DNA from: Octopus sinensis
Lineage: Eukaryota
Direction: 5' to 3'
DNA: 64,000 nucleotides
Assembly (NCBI RefSeq): GCF_006345805.1
Contig: NC_043010.1
Location: 20,088,001-20,152,000, forward strand
The notes under the pieces are model-generated. The model made no database searches. It was given only the letters and a program-made list of their open reading frames with translations, and was not told the origin of the DNA. How positions within the stretch are numbered: position 1 is the first letter of the stretch; each line of letters starts with the position of its first letter. This document shows positions 1-10,425 of the stretch, in pieces. A program made the translations under genes and the position numbers.

Positions 1-589
1 TTTCAAATTGTGGCACAAGGCCAGCAATTTTGAGGAAGCAAGTAAGTTGTCTACGTTGTCCTCAGTGCGTAACTGGTACTTATTTAATCCCCCACCCCCA
101 GGATGAAAGGCAAAGTTGAACTCAGAATGTAAAGACAGATGAAATGACGCAAAGCATCTTGCTCAGCATGCTTCTGCCAGCTCCCTGCCTTAAATGTCAC
201 CTCAATATTAGCAACTGATTCGGTAAATTGTCTTTGCAAAAACATTGTTAAAAATGACAAAGCATTTATTTTGAAACAAATCAAATTGAATGTGAGATGC
301 TCTGTAGTCTAAACTACAACAACTACCACACTGCTGTTGTCAATACTGTAAAATCCACAGCTATAGAAGCCTTAATAAATATCTGAGGTAAAATGGTTTT
401 TAAATATCATAGTTTCTTGGTCAATCAACATCAATCTTTAGGCTGTATATTCACATTATTTGTATATAGAGTATGTTTTGATTGATCTGGTCAGCATTAT
501 TTCAATAGTTAAGTGACTAAAGATTAAAGATAAGTTGGAATCTTGTCGCAGTCATTTTGTAGTACTTTTGGATAAGACAACAATTCCAA

Positions 590-970
590 GAAAGATCTTT
601 ATTCTTTCACTTGTTTCGGGATTTTTCACTGTGGCCATGCTGGGGCACTGCCTTGAAGAATTTTAGTTTAACAAATCAACCCCAATTACTTCTTTTTATT
701 TAAGTGTGGCATGTATTCTATTGGTCTCCTTTACTAAACTGCTAAGTTACGGAAACACGAACACAGCAACACTGGTTACCAAGAGGTGATAGGGGACAAA
801 CAGACATATCTGATGGGCTTCTCTCAGTCACTGTCTACCAAATCCACTCACAAGGCTTTGGTCAGCCAGAGGCTATAGAAGGAGACACTTACTCTGGGTG
901 CCATGCAGTGGGACTGAACTTGGAACCATGTGGTTGGGAATCAAGTTTCTTTACCACACGGCCATGCTTG
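590..970 (-). mobile_element. tRNA-derived SINE family B (CORE-like middle), degenerate copy
   Basis: Same blocks (ctaccaaatccactcacaaggctttggtc; gtggccatgctggggcac; gctaagttacgg) recur at about 2005-2140, 6437-6750, 29580-29960 and 40290-40770. Confidence 0.7.
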
Positions 971-1095
971 CACCTATATAGCTAAACGGAAAACTTGCAA
1001 CAAACGTAAGAGTCTGCATGCCTCAGATAAATCTTATTAATGTTAATGTTGAAGGATGTAAAATAAAGTGGGGGGAGAAAACAAGTAACACTCAC

Positions 1096-1182
1096 CTTTT
1101 GCTCAAAATATCTGGTATTTTTTGGTGTGTAATATGATTTTGAGGGCATCGGTTCATGAGGGGGATCTTGTAAATGTTTTAA
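1096..1182 (-). CDS. TNIP2: TNIP2-like gene, small downstream exon (87 bp, phase 0-0)
   Basis: ttttgttttccag| acceptor and AAG|GTGAGT donor. LKHLQDPPHEPMPSKSYYTPKNTRYFEQK is open and in phase with the UBAN exon. The terminal exon was not identified. Confidence 0.65.
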
Positions 1183-1246
1183 CTGGAAAACAAAATATAT
1201 ATATATTAGAAATATTAAATTTTTAAATATCTCAGAGAGATATGAG

Positions 1247-1559
1247 TGGTGGTGGAACGATAGAGCGGTTGTACACTGTCAACTTAATGTGACAGTCCCA
1301 TAAAGGGAATCACACCACCGCTATTTAGCCCTAGGAAGCATCGACGCTTCCTGTCAGCTTTGACACATTTCCTGTGTCCTTATATTTGCGAAGGGGAGAC
1401 AAGCACCCCCAACAGCTAGGCCAGCATCTAGAGACATGCATGTTTCTGAGTCTTTGCTCATCATCAGTCTGGAGTAGCTTGGCCTGCTAGCTGAAGATGC
1501 CTGTAAAGCCTTTGCAAATATATATATTTTCAGTGAAGTTTATTCACTGATCACCAAAA
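1247..1559. mobile_element. 313-bp SINE/retrozyme-like insertion carrying a hammerhead, flanked by a 41-bp direct repeat
   Basis: 1206-1246 and 1560-1600 are direct repeats with one mismatch (ttagaaatattaaattt[t/c]taaatatctcagagagatatgag). Confidence 0.6.
1414..1492 (-). ncRNA. Type I hammerhead ribozyme motif
   Basis: Minus strand: stem I tccaga, core CTGATGA, stem II tgag/ctca, GAAA, palindromic stem III catgcatg, GUC site, stem I' tctaga. Stem I extends as an imperfect duplex (1414-1432 vs 1468-1492). Confidence 0.7.
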
Positions 1560-2203
1560 TTAGAAATATTAAATTTCTAAATATCTCAGAGAGATATGAG
1601 CACAAAGACAACAGGCACACAAGTATTATAATATACATTTTTGATGCTATGCATAAATGGAGGAAGTATGAAAATAACAATCATACACTCACGCACACAC
1701 ATCCATTCCTGTCAATTCACATCAGTATACATATACTTTTGCTCATTCATTTTTACATCATTTTTTTTGTGCTAGCATGGGTTAGGAGCATATTATTGAG
1801 ACACTGTTTTTACAGCAAGATGCCCTCACTATTAGTAACTGTTCCCTGTTCTTCAGATGAAGGACCTCTTCTTACCAACACCTTTCAAGGTACAAAGCCA
1901 GCAAAGGATTTATCAACAGGGGACATAACAACGTCATGAGTGCTTGTAGCTTGTCATATTCAAACCGGTGTAAATATAAACAAATCACACACACACACAC
2001 ACACACAATGGGCTTCTTTCGGTTTCCATCTACAAAATCCACTCACAAGGCTTTGGTCAGCCTGGAGATATTGTAGAAGACATTTGCTCAATGTGCCATG
2101 CAGTGGGATAGAGCCTGGAACCATACCACTGGAAAGTGAACACAACCGTACTATAACAAATTTAAAACCAAATTTGACACTCAGAGACAGACAAATCTTT
2201 TAC

Positions 2204-2350
2204 CTTTAAAATTTCAGATTCTAAATCACTGATTCGTGATTGTGCTTTCTCGCGGTCCTTTCTTTCATTTTCAAAATCTTCAGCATAGATTTTCACCTGA
2301 GTTTTTAGTGCAAGCAGTTCTTCCTCATTCTTTTTCATGTCATCATAACT
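2204..2350 (-). CDS. TNIP2: TNIP2-like gene, exon encoding the UBAN ubiquitin-binding motif (147 bp, phase 0-0)
   Basis: tctctctgcag| acceptor and AAG|GTAAAA donor. LKTQVKIYAEDFENERKDREKAQSRISDLESEILK contains the DFxxER UBAN signature of NEMO/optineurin/ABINs; the following ERxDRExAQSRI segment resembles ABIN-2 as I recall it. Confidence 0.85.
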
Positions 2351-2599
2351 CTGCAGAGAGAAAGAAGGCATTATTATTATTATTATCATCATTATTATAT
2401 GACATGAATGAGAAAAAACTAAGAGACTGCACCATTTTACAGTAAGGGTTGCAATTGAAACATGTCGGCTTTGCTACTTTGGAGTAATCCTTATAATTAA
2501 TATTGTCAATATTTATACTCCAGGAAACGTATATGGTTGAGGAAATATATTCAGAATTATCTAATGGAATATTCCTCTAATTTCTCATCTTATCAGAAC

Positions 2600-2902
2600 T
2601 GTAAGGGCACCATTTGAGCGTGATCATTACCAACGTCGCCTTACTGGCACCTGTGCCAGTGGCATATGTAAAAGGATTCGAGCAAGGTCATTGCCAGTAT
2701 CGCCTGACTGGCTCCATGCCGGTGGTATGTAAAAAGCACCCACTACACTCTTGGAGTGGTTGGTGTTAGGAAGGGCATCCAGCTGTAGAAACTCCGCCAG
2801 ATCAAGATTGGAGTCTGGTGCGGCCGTCTGGTTCGCCAGCCCTCAGTCAAATCGTCCAATCCATGCTAGCATGGAAAGCGGACATTAAACGATGATGATG
2901 AT
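2600..2902 (+). mobile_element. RTE-type LINE 3' tail ending in (GAT)n
   Basis: aaaagcacc subrepeats, gaagggcatccagctgtagaaac and catgctagcatggaaagcggacattaaacgatgatgatgat. The identical tail follows the RTE ORF remnant at 31160-32680. Confidence 0.75.
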
Positions 2903-3122
2903 GTTGACTGTTAAATAACATAATTTGAATACCTAACTGGTAATCGTTGTGGGGTAATCCCTTACTTTTGTCTAGCTAGTATGCATGCATGTGTAAATAA
3001 ATAAATACAGCTTCTCACATAAGCACAAAGTGAATGTTGTTGTTTAGCCCCAGGTCAGCCAAGATTGGGCAGATCCCTGATCAAAGATGTTCCAGAATAT
3101 ATTAGCTTTCCTACCATTTGGT

Positions 3123-3327
3123 CCTTTAGCATTTAAACCAGCTGCAACCATCCCAAATACTCTTTGTTCCAACCAACCAGCTCTAGCCTCTCACACCTAC
3201 CCTACAATGTCATTCTAGATATAAACAATCACATCATCGAAATCTCGAAACTATGAGATGATGCATGATTAATTCAAGTAGGAATAAATAAGCCTTACAT
3301 TTGACAGAATAATCTAAATGCTAAAGG
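3123..3327. mobile_element. piggyBac-like MITE
   Basis: 13-bp TIR cctttagcattta / taaatgctaaagg. TTAA present on the right only (3329-3332). Confidence 0.45.
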
Positions 3328-3913
3328 ATTAAAGACAGTAGCATGTGAGAGTTAAGACAGATTTGCTAATTCTTGCAGAAGCTTACTCACTTAACGGCAA
3401 CGTTTGTTTGAAGAGGTGGATATCCTATCATCTAAAGCTGTAAAACAGGACTGATTGTGCTTGGTCAGACAGAAAGGTGATCAATGAAATTAAGAGTCCT
3501 AGAGTCCTGGATTAACATAGCTCAGGTGATGATGTCATGTAAAATGGCTGCAGCAGCCAGCTGACAATGTTACCTGAAGGTTATAGGTTACAGCATCTCT
3601 AAGCCATGTGTCTTCACTGTGTATACAGACAGACAACTAGATAGATGGTATGGACATATGAATGAAATGAGAAGCAGTTGAGAGAAAGAGCATAGTTGAC
3701 AGCAAAGACTAACTCTTTAGTATGTAGTAAAACATGGTTTGAGGTGATGGAGAGCAGCATCGATGCTGCTTCATACCACTAGAGCAAGTGATGTTATCAC
3801 AAGGTACTGAAATCTTTGGAATCCCCAGCTGACCCATGATAGAGGGAATGTCTGGTAGTGCAAGCTGATTTTGGAAGAGGAGCTAATCAACACCATATTA
3901 ACAAAAATCTATC

Positions 3914-3939
<26 letters not shown>

Positions 3940-3944
<5 letters not shown>

Positions 3945-4290
3945 ATTTTTTGTGTAATGAGATAAAAAACCAAGGCTGTGTAGATATTAGAACATTTATA
4001 GATAGAAGGTCTTACAGCTGTTTCCAGGATATTTATTAATAATATCCCTTCATCGGAGACGGTGTGAGAGGATGGTTAAGTAATAATTAATTTAGATAGG
4101 ATACAAAATAGAGAGTGAGGTGGAGGAAAGAAAACAGATGTGAGATATGTAGGGATATTGAATTTGTAGATCCCTTTTTTTAGGCAGAATGGTATATATG
4201 TAAGATTCCAATACCTTATGAGAAAAATCCAACGGTACACAACAAATAAACAGAGAAACAATCTGCAAACGAAGCTACAATTGATGCAGG
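3940..4290 (-). mobile_element. Penelope-like pseudo-LTR fragment
   Basis: Near-identical copy at about 58505-58810. Contains a minimal hammerhead with palindromic stem III, an established hallmark of Penelope-like elements. Confidence 0.6.
4009..4060 (-). ncRNA. Minimal type I hammerhead ribozyme (CCGAUGA core variant)
   Basis: Minus strand: gtct-CCGATGA-agggatatt/aatatcctg-GAAA-cagctg-TA-agac. Confidence 0.65.
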
Positions 4291-4382
4291 ATTTAAAGTT
4301 AAACTAGATGAATTTCATGAAGATGCACTTCTATCATGGCCTTAGATATGCTGACTAAATATTTGTAATAATCAAGAATTAC

Positions 4383-4556
4383 CTGTATTGTTCTACTCGA
4401 AGGATTACAATGATCTTTTTTCGTGACATTCAACTGAGAGATTAATTTCCGATAAAAAGCTTCTCTTTGATTATTATAGACCCGCCATTTTTTGTTTGCT
4501 TGCTGGACTTCTGATATTTTGCTTCGTAGTCTTTTATTTTCTTCTATCACACTGAA
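4383..4556 (-). CDS. TNIP2: TNIP2-like gene, exon encoding an EABR-like helix (174 bp, phase 0-0)
   Basis: ttttcacag| acceptor and CAG|GTAATT donor. FSVIEENKRLRSKISEVQQANKKWRVYNNQREAFYRKLISQL matches the N-x-x-W-x-x-Y-x-x-x-R-[DE]-x-[YF] pattern I recall for the CEP55/ABIN-2 EABR region. Confidence 0.78.
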
Positions 4557-5214
4557 CTGTGAAAAGAGATTTATATAAATAAATAAATTAAAGTAAATTA
4601 ATGACGTAACAATATAGAGCACTAATAGTAATTAACAGACACAAATAATTTAGTAATTCTTTAAAAATATTCAAACAGAAGCCTGCCATGACTCAGGGGA
4701 TATTTCACCTCTTCAAGCTTTTCCTTAAAGATACAAAAGCAGAGGATCTAATGGAACAATATTTCCAACATGGAACTATAATCCAAATGAAATACCAGTT
4801 GTTCTACAAAATTTAACCAAGAATCACCGTCCTCATGGCTGCAGTCTCCTTTAGAAGTTTTAAATCTGGACCTAATTGAAGCCATACTGCTACCCCAACT
4901 CAAAATGCAAAAGTGAACTTTTATTGGGTCAACCACAAGATACACAATCCACAAACAGAGAAAGGATGAAGTTGTCAGAATTTTGCATCCAATTATGGTT
5001 GTTGCAGTTATGATCAAGTCACTGTTTGTTCTCAACAATCCAGTCTACAAATGAAAGGCAGCAGTGTTGCAGAATCAACAAGAATCTCGAGAAATCTCTG
5101 TCAATCTCATTAATTCAAAACAATGTAAATGCATAACATTTAACAGAGTGATCTAATGACATTTAATTGAGTGATCGGAAGAATAAAGGGTTAAACACAG
5201 CATAAACCACTTAC

Positions 5215-5409
5215 ATCGTTTGACATTGGAGGAAAATTAAATTTTTCATAAGTCATTAATTTCTGAGTCATTTGATGACATTGCTGTGCAAATTCTTGGA
5301 CATCATGGTGTAAATTCATTATTTCTATTTTGTGAAAGTTGTTTGTGGGTGCATTGGAGTGTAACCGAATCTCTAAATCTGTGACCATGTTTTTGTAATA
5401 TTCATTTTC
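5215..5409 (-). CDS. TNIP2: TNIP2-like gene, coding exon (195 bp, phase 0-0)
   Basis: tttgcag| acceptor and GAT|GTAAGT donor. Reads ENEYYKNMVTDLEIRLH...FPPMSND, 65 codons with no stop. Confidence 0.72.
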
Positions 5410-5479
5410 CTGCAAAGAAATTAAGAAAAAAAAAACAAAACTATTTTATCACATTAATGGAAATTGTAGTTGCGGCTGA

Positions 5480-5810
5480 TGCTAGTACCACCTGACTGAT
5501 ACACAATAAGCATCATTCATGCGTGGGTTGTTGTCAGTGCCACCCAACTGGCTCCCTATGCTGGTAGCACATAAAAAGCACCATCTGAACGTGGCTGATG
5601 CTAGTCCTGCTTGACTGGCTCCCATGCTGGTGGCATGTAAAAAGCACCCATACACTCTCGGAGTGGTTGGCATTAGGAAGGGCATCCAGTAGTAGAAACC
5701 TTGCCAGACCTTACTGGAGCCTAGTGTAGTCTTCTGGCTTGCCAGTCCTGGTGAAACCGTCCAACCCATGCCAGCATGGAAAACGGACGTTGAAAGGTGA
5801 TAATGATGAT
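5480..5810 (+). mobile_element. RTE-type LINE 3' tail
   Basis: Same tail motifs as 2600-2902. Lies in an intron of the TNIP2-like gene. Confidence 0.7.
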
Positions 5811-5960
5811 TAACTCAGATAGGAATGGAATATATACATAGAATAAGCACCAGGCTTAAACCAAAAAGTACTGGCGTTGATTTGTTCGACTCAGAATTCT
5901 TTGATAAGGCCACAGTCTATTGAGTGAAACAAGATAAAAACAGAGATAAAATCAACTTAC

Positions 5961-6342
5961 CTTGATGAGTCTTTCAATAAATTCTCTGTTTTCTACTGAT
6001 GCCTTGATGCTGTCTGCTAGTCTGACCTTTTCAAATAAATTTTTAAGATTCTGACAAGCATTTGTGTCTTGTTTAATTTCTTCTTCACATAATTGTACAT
6101 CATCATCCAAATTGTTGGTCCGCAATCTACATTTTAAATTACAAACCATCGTTTGAAGATCATCGATTATTCTATCTTTTTGTTCAGACTCCCATTTAAG
6201 TTCTTGTATGTTCTGTGTAAGAAAGTGATTATCACTTTTTTGTTTGTCCAAATCGGAAGTGTCTGAGGTTAGTTTGCATTTTTCTAGGGACTCCATTCGA
6301 TATAAACTTGCAGAATACTTTTGTAAAACCATTAACTCAACA
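5961..6342 (-). CDS. TNIP2: TNIP2/ABIN-2-like gene, most upstream confidently seen coding exon (coiled coil)
   Basis: Acceptor tttcag| at 6343 and AAG|GTAAGT donor at 5960. Open frame VELMVLQKYSASLYRMESLEKCKL...FIERLIK with heptad-like composition. Ends in phase 0, compatible with the next exon. Upstream exon(s) not identified. Confidence 0.7.
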
Positions 6343-7470
6343 CTGAAATTTTAAAAAGAAAACACAGAAAATTAAAATCATGAATAAAGAAAGTAAAGAG
6401 CATAAGATCAGTAACAATACAAAAGTGCTTCTATTAGCATGGCTTTCCCAACCACATGGTTCTGGGTTCAGTCCCATTGCGTGCATAGTACCTTGGACTG
6501 TTCAAAAGCCTTAGAAGTAGATTTGATAGATGGAAACTGAATCAAGCTGGTCACATGTATGTATGTGTGCGTGTGTGTGTGTGTGTGCCACTGTCCTCCA
6601 CCACCACTCAACAATTGGCATTGGTGTGTTTCTGTTCCTGTAACTTAGCAGTTTGGCAAAAGAGACTGCTAGAATAAGTACCAGGCTTCAAAAAAATAAT
6701 AAATGCAGGGGTTGATTTATGCAAATAGAAACTCTTCAGAGTGGCGCCCCCTAAAACTAAAAGACACACACATGGAATTTCATCTGTTGAATTTCACTCA
6801 ATGAATTGGTGAATCTAAAACTATCACAGAAGGCACTTTCTGCCAAGTATGAAGATCGCTAGGCAGGAAAGCAAAATTTTGAATGTAGGGAAACAGACAT
6901 TACTCAACTAAGAACTTTGTTAAAATTTATTGGGTTTAAAATGGTTACAAAAGGCTGTGTCTATGTCGTTATGGCTAAAACTCTTTGGCCAAATCTTTCA
7001 GCCTTTGTCAATTCTATATAAGGCTCCTGAAACAAGCCCCTATAGCAGGCACAAACAATTTACAGTACTGGGGTCAATATTCAGCCCTTTATGATGCTTT
7101 GTATAGCATAAGAAGTAACACGATTATGTAAAATAATTTTTGTTTATTTTTAACAAGTTTTAGGACAGACTAAGTCTCATTTATTCCCTTCCTCTCGATC
7201 AATTTTATTTTTTTATTTACTAAGTGGAATATGTTTGTTAAATCAGTATGCAAGCAAAATAGCCGCGAGGCAAAATGTTTACGGACTCTTTTTTTCGGCT
7301 CTTTAGATTCTGAGTTCAAATGTCACCGAAGTCAGTTTTGCCTTCCGTCCTTTCGAGGTCGCTGGTATTAACCAACACCATCCCTGCAAAACTGGTGGCT
7401 TTGTACTTAAATCAGAAACAATTTTAGGTTAATATAAAGCGTTACGCCTATCAGAAAATCAAAAAAAATG

Positions 7471-7790
7471 TGTGTAATAGGTGTAAAACAACTTCCTATG
7501 AACGAATATGAAAAAAAAAATGCCCGCACGCGAAAGGGGAGTGGGGGAGAGGCTCGGAAAATTCACATCGGGAAGTTCCGAAAGCGTCTGAGGGGCTGAT
7601 CCGGGCACCAAAACAAAAAAAAAATAGTGTAATATGTGTAAAACAACTTGCTCTAAACGAATATGACAAAAAAAATGCGCACTCGCGAAAGAGGGGTGGG
7701 GGAGAGGCCTCGGAAAATTTATATCGGGAATTTCCGAAAGCGTCTGAACCGGGCACAAAAACAAAAACAGCGTAATAGGTGTAAAATGCC
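7471..7790 (+). repeat. Two tandem ~155-bp units
   Basis: gtgtaata(g/t)gtgtaaaacaactt...cgcgaaag...ccgaaagcgtctga...ccgggcac repeated twice. An inverted partial copy lies at about 53312-53440. Confidence 0.8.
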
Positions 7791-7859
7791 TTATCAAATG
7801 TCCTTAAGGACAACTGTCCTTATGGGCCTGGACTTGAATAGAACTTGGTACCAATAATC

Positions 7860-7932
7860 GTCTTGTAAACAACTGTTCTTATAAACAACTGTTCTTGTAA
7901 ACAACTGTTCTTGTAAACAACTGTTCTTAGAC
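7860..7932 (+). repeat. 16-bp tandem repeat (aaacaactgttcttgt)x~4.5
   Basis: Directly visible array. Confidence 0.85.
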
Positions 7933-8019
7933 AAAAGACCTTTCATTGACCAGTGTTTACTCAGCCCATCTTCTGGTGTGGAGGATTTCCCGCTCCTTGG
8001 TACAGAACAAGTTCTTATT

Positions 8020-8330
8020 CATTTCAGTCGTAGATACACAAGCGTTAAGTTGTATGATAGAGAATGGCACTTGTAAACAACCGATATATACGCCAAGGGT
8101 CGGTAGTATATAGCGATTCTTGGGCTGCGTATAACTCTCTTGGAAATCTCGGGTATACCCACTTCCGCATCAACCACAGTGAAAACTTTGTTGATCCGAC
8201 AAACGCGTCGGTGCACACACAGACGATAGAGAGATTGTGGGGGTCAGTTAAGAGATCGGTTGTTCGCCCAGGCATTCGTGCCTGTTACTTAAAACAATAC
8301 CTCCCATCTCATTTCTTTATCAACACTGTC
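8020..8330 (+). pseudogene. Merlin (IS1595/ISXO2-like DDE) transposase remnant
   Basis: YIRQGSVVYSDSWAAYNSLGNLGYTHFRINHSENFVDPTNASVHTQTIERLWGSVK contains the SDxWxAY, NHS.NFVDP and HTQxIExxW motifs typical of Merlin/IS1595 transposases. N-terminal part disrupted. Confidence 0.85.
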
Positions 8331-8900
8331 GATGGACCACATTATCATTTTCGTAACATAATTTCTGTAGTATTTCAAGAAGTTTCTGACACGTATTTTG
8401 ATTCACATGGCGGAGATCCAACATTTCTTCACTTTTTCCAGAATTTCTTCTCTTTATTTTTTTTTTTTTTGCGAAATATGTACAAAAATACGAAGTTTAT
8501 GATTCATGTGTGAGTGTGTGTTCTTGATACTCGTTTAGAACAAGTAGTTTTACACCAATTACACTATTTTTTCTTAGTTTAAAGGCCGTGGACTGAAGAT
8601 AAAGATCTTGAGAGTCGACAGATATTTCCGCCAGTTCGAAAGGAAATTGGTCTGGCCTGACCTATTTTCCCACTTTTGCGCGTGTAACCCCCCCCCCTCA
8701 CTGCAACACGCCCATCCACGCAGTGGTCACGTTAAATTCAGAGTTGTCTTCCTTGCCAATAACCCGGAAGGCGGGCGTCAAAAAAAAAAAAAAACTCCAA
8801 GTTCTACATTATAAAATCTTGCCGCGTCATGGTTATGTTTACTGGCACAAGATTAACAAAGAGGATCTATATCTATATATATATATATATATATATATAT

Positions 8901-9898
8901 GGTACTACTTGAGAACAGTAGTCCCGGTGCGCGCACTCGCGCTAGCTAGTCAGGACTAGTCGATCCTACGACTACCTAGCAAAGTAAATAAAACACAGGT
9001 ACTTGTCTATTGTCGTGGTCCCGGTTTCGCACACGCGAATTCTCGCGCGCGCGCGCCAGACGTAGGTACTCGATACTCGAGATCCTACGAGGTGACATGC
9101 GCAGTGCAGAATTCGCGCATGCGCGTTAACCCCCCCCCAAAAAAAAGGTGTTGGATTTCACTAAAAATATATATGTGTGTGTGTGTGTGTATATAACATT
9201 TTCAATTTTACACAAAAAAATTACATAGTCGCTTTCCTCGCGGATTTACAGATAAATGAATTAATTACTATTTTACAGAATAAAATTAATGAATTAATTA
9301 TATAAATTAAATAATTCTTGAAAATCAATTAATATTAATAATATTTTTTGAACAAAGTAAATAATTTATAAAACTTGGTTAATAATTTTTTTTACACAAA
9401 CGCGAACGTATATAATTTGTGAAACTTTTTTTTTTTTTACAGACGTATATAATTTGGTAAACTTAATGAATTAATTTCTTCTCATCATCATCATCGACAA
9501 CAAAAATTGGGCGCGAAAATTTTTCTAAATATTAGCGGAATGAATTTTTTTGTAATTTTTTTGTGTAAAATTGAAAATGTTATATATACACACACACACA
9601 TATTTTTAGTGAAATCCAACACCTTTTTTTTTTTGGGAGGGGGGGGGGGGTTTAACGCGCATGCGCGAATTCTGCACTGCGCATGTCACCTCGTAGGATC
9701 TCGAGTATCGAGTACCTACGTCTGGCGCGCGCGCGAATTCGCGCGTGCGAAACCGGGACCACGACAATAGACAAGTACCTAAAACACAAAATAAATCATT
9801 TTTGTACACAAAGTAAGGATCGACTAGTCGTGACTAGCTAGCGAGGATGCGTGACTACAAGACTGCGCGCACCGGGAACACTGTTCTTAAGTAGTACC
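8901..9898. mobile_element. Long-TIR (~330 bp) foldback MITE, probably Merlin-type
   Basis: Termini GGTACTACTT(G/A)AGAACAGT at both ends; 8901-~9230 is inverted at ~9550-9898. Inserted in (AT)n, so an 8-bp ATATATAT duplication is compatible but not diagnostic. Confidence 0.8.
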
Positions 9899-9911
9899 AT
9901 ATATATATATA

Positions 9912-10377
9912 CGCTTGTCGTAGCACAAGTTTCCGTCGATTTCCGTAAAAAACTTTTATATTTTTACATAAGTAATGAGAGCGAAAGAGACTAAGAGAAA
10001 GCGATTGTATGACGAGGGAAGTTCTTTTGAAGTTACCGTGCATGGCAAGCATTGATGTACATGTGTGTGTGTGTGTGTGTGTTTGATGGGGTGTGGGAGA
10101 CAGACAGTATGTTGTGTAAGTGAAGTGCTTCTGTTAGTGTGTGTGAAGAGACAGAGAGAGTAATGTGTGAAAGAGAGAGATAACTGAAATTTTTTACTCG
10201 GTGTATGTGTATATGTATGTCTGCATGTATGTGTGTGTGTATGTATCTATGTATGTGTGTGTGTGTGTACGTATGTGTGTATGTATGTATGTATCTATGT
10301 ATGTATGTATGGCCGATTCAGTGTTTACATTTTTTACGGAAATCGACGGAAACGTGTGCTACGACAAGCGAAACATC

Positions 10378-10383
<6 letters not shown>
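9912..10383. mobile_element. Unclassified TIR element (family also at 50262-52110)
   Basis: ~40-bp TIR gcttgtcgtagcac.gtttccgtcgatttccgtaaaaaa at both ends. The right terminus ends ...catcgccata; the left terminus is truncated. Confidence 0.75.

Positions 10384-10425
<42 letters not shown>

Noticed and set aside
4748-5038. 96-aa minus-strand ORF between TNIP2-like exons, with a possible acceptor at 5045
   Set aside because: It ends in a stop without a good donor and has no coiled-coil character; exons 5215-5409 and 4383-4556 already join in phase.
7860-7932. Short regular repeat array resembling CRISPR
   Set aside because: Head-to-tail 16-bp units with no spacers, no cas genes, eukaryotic context.
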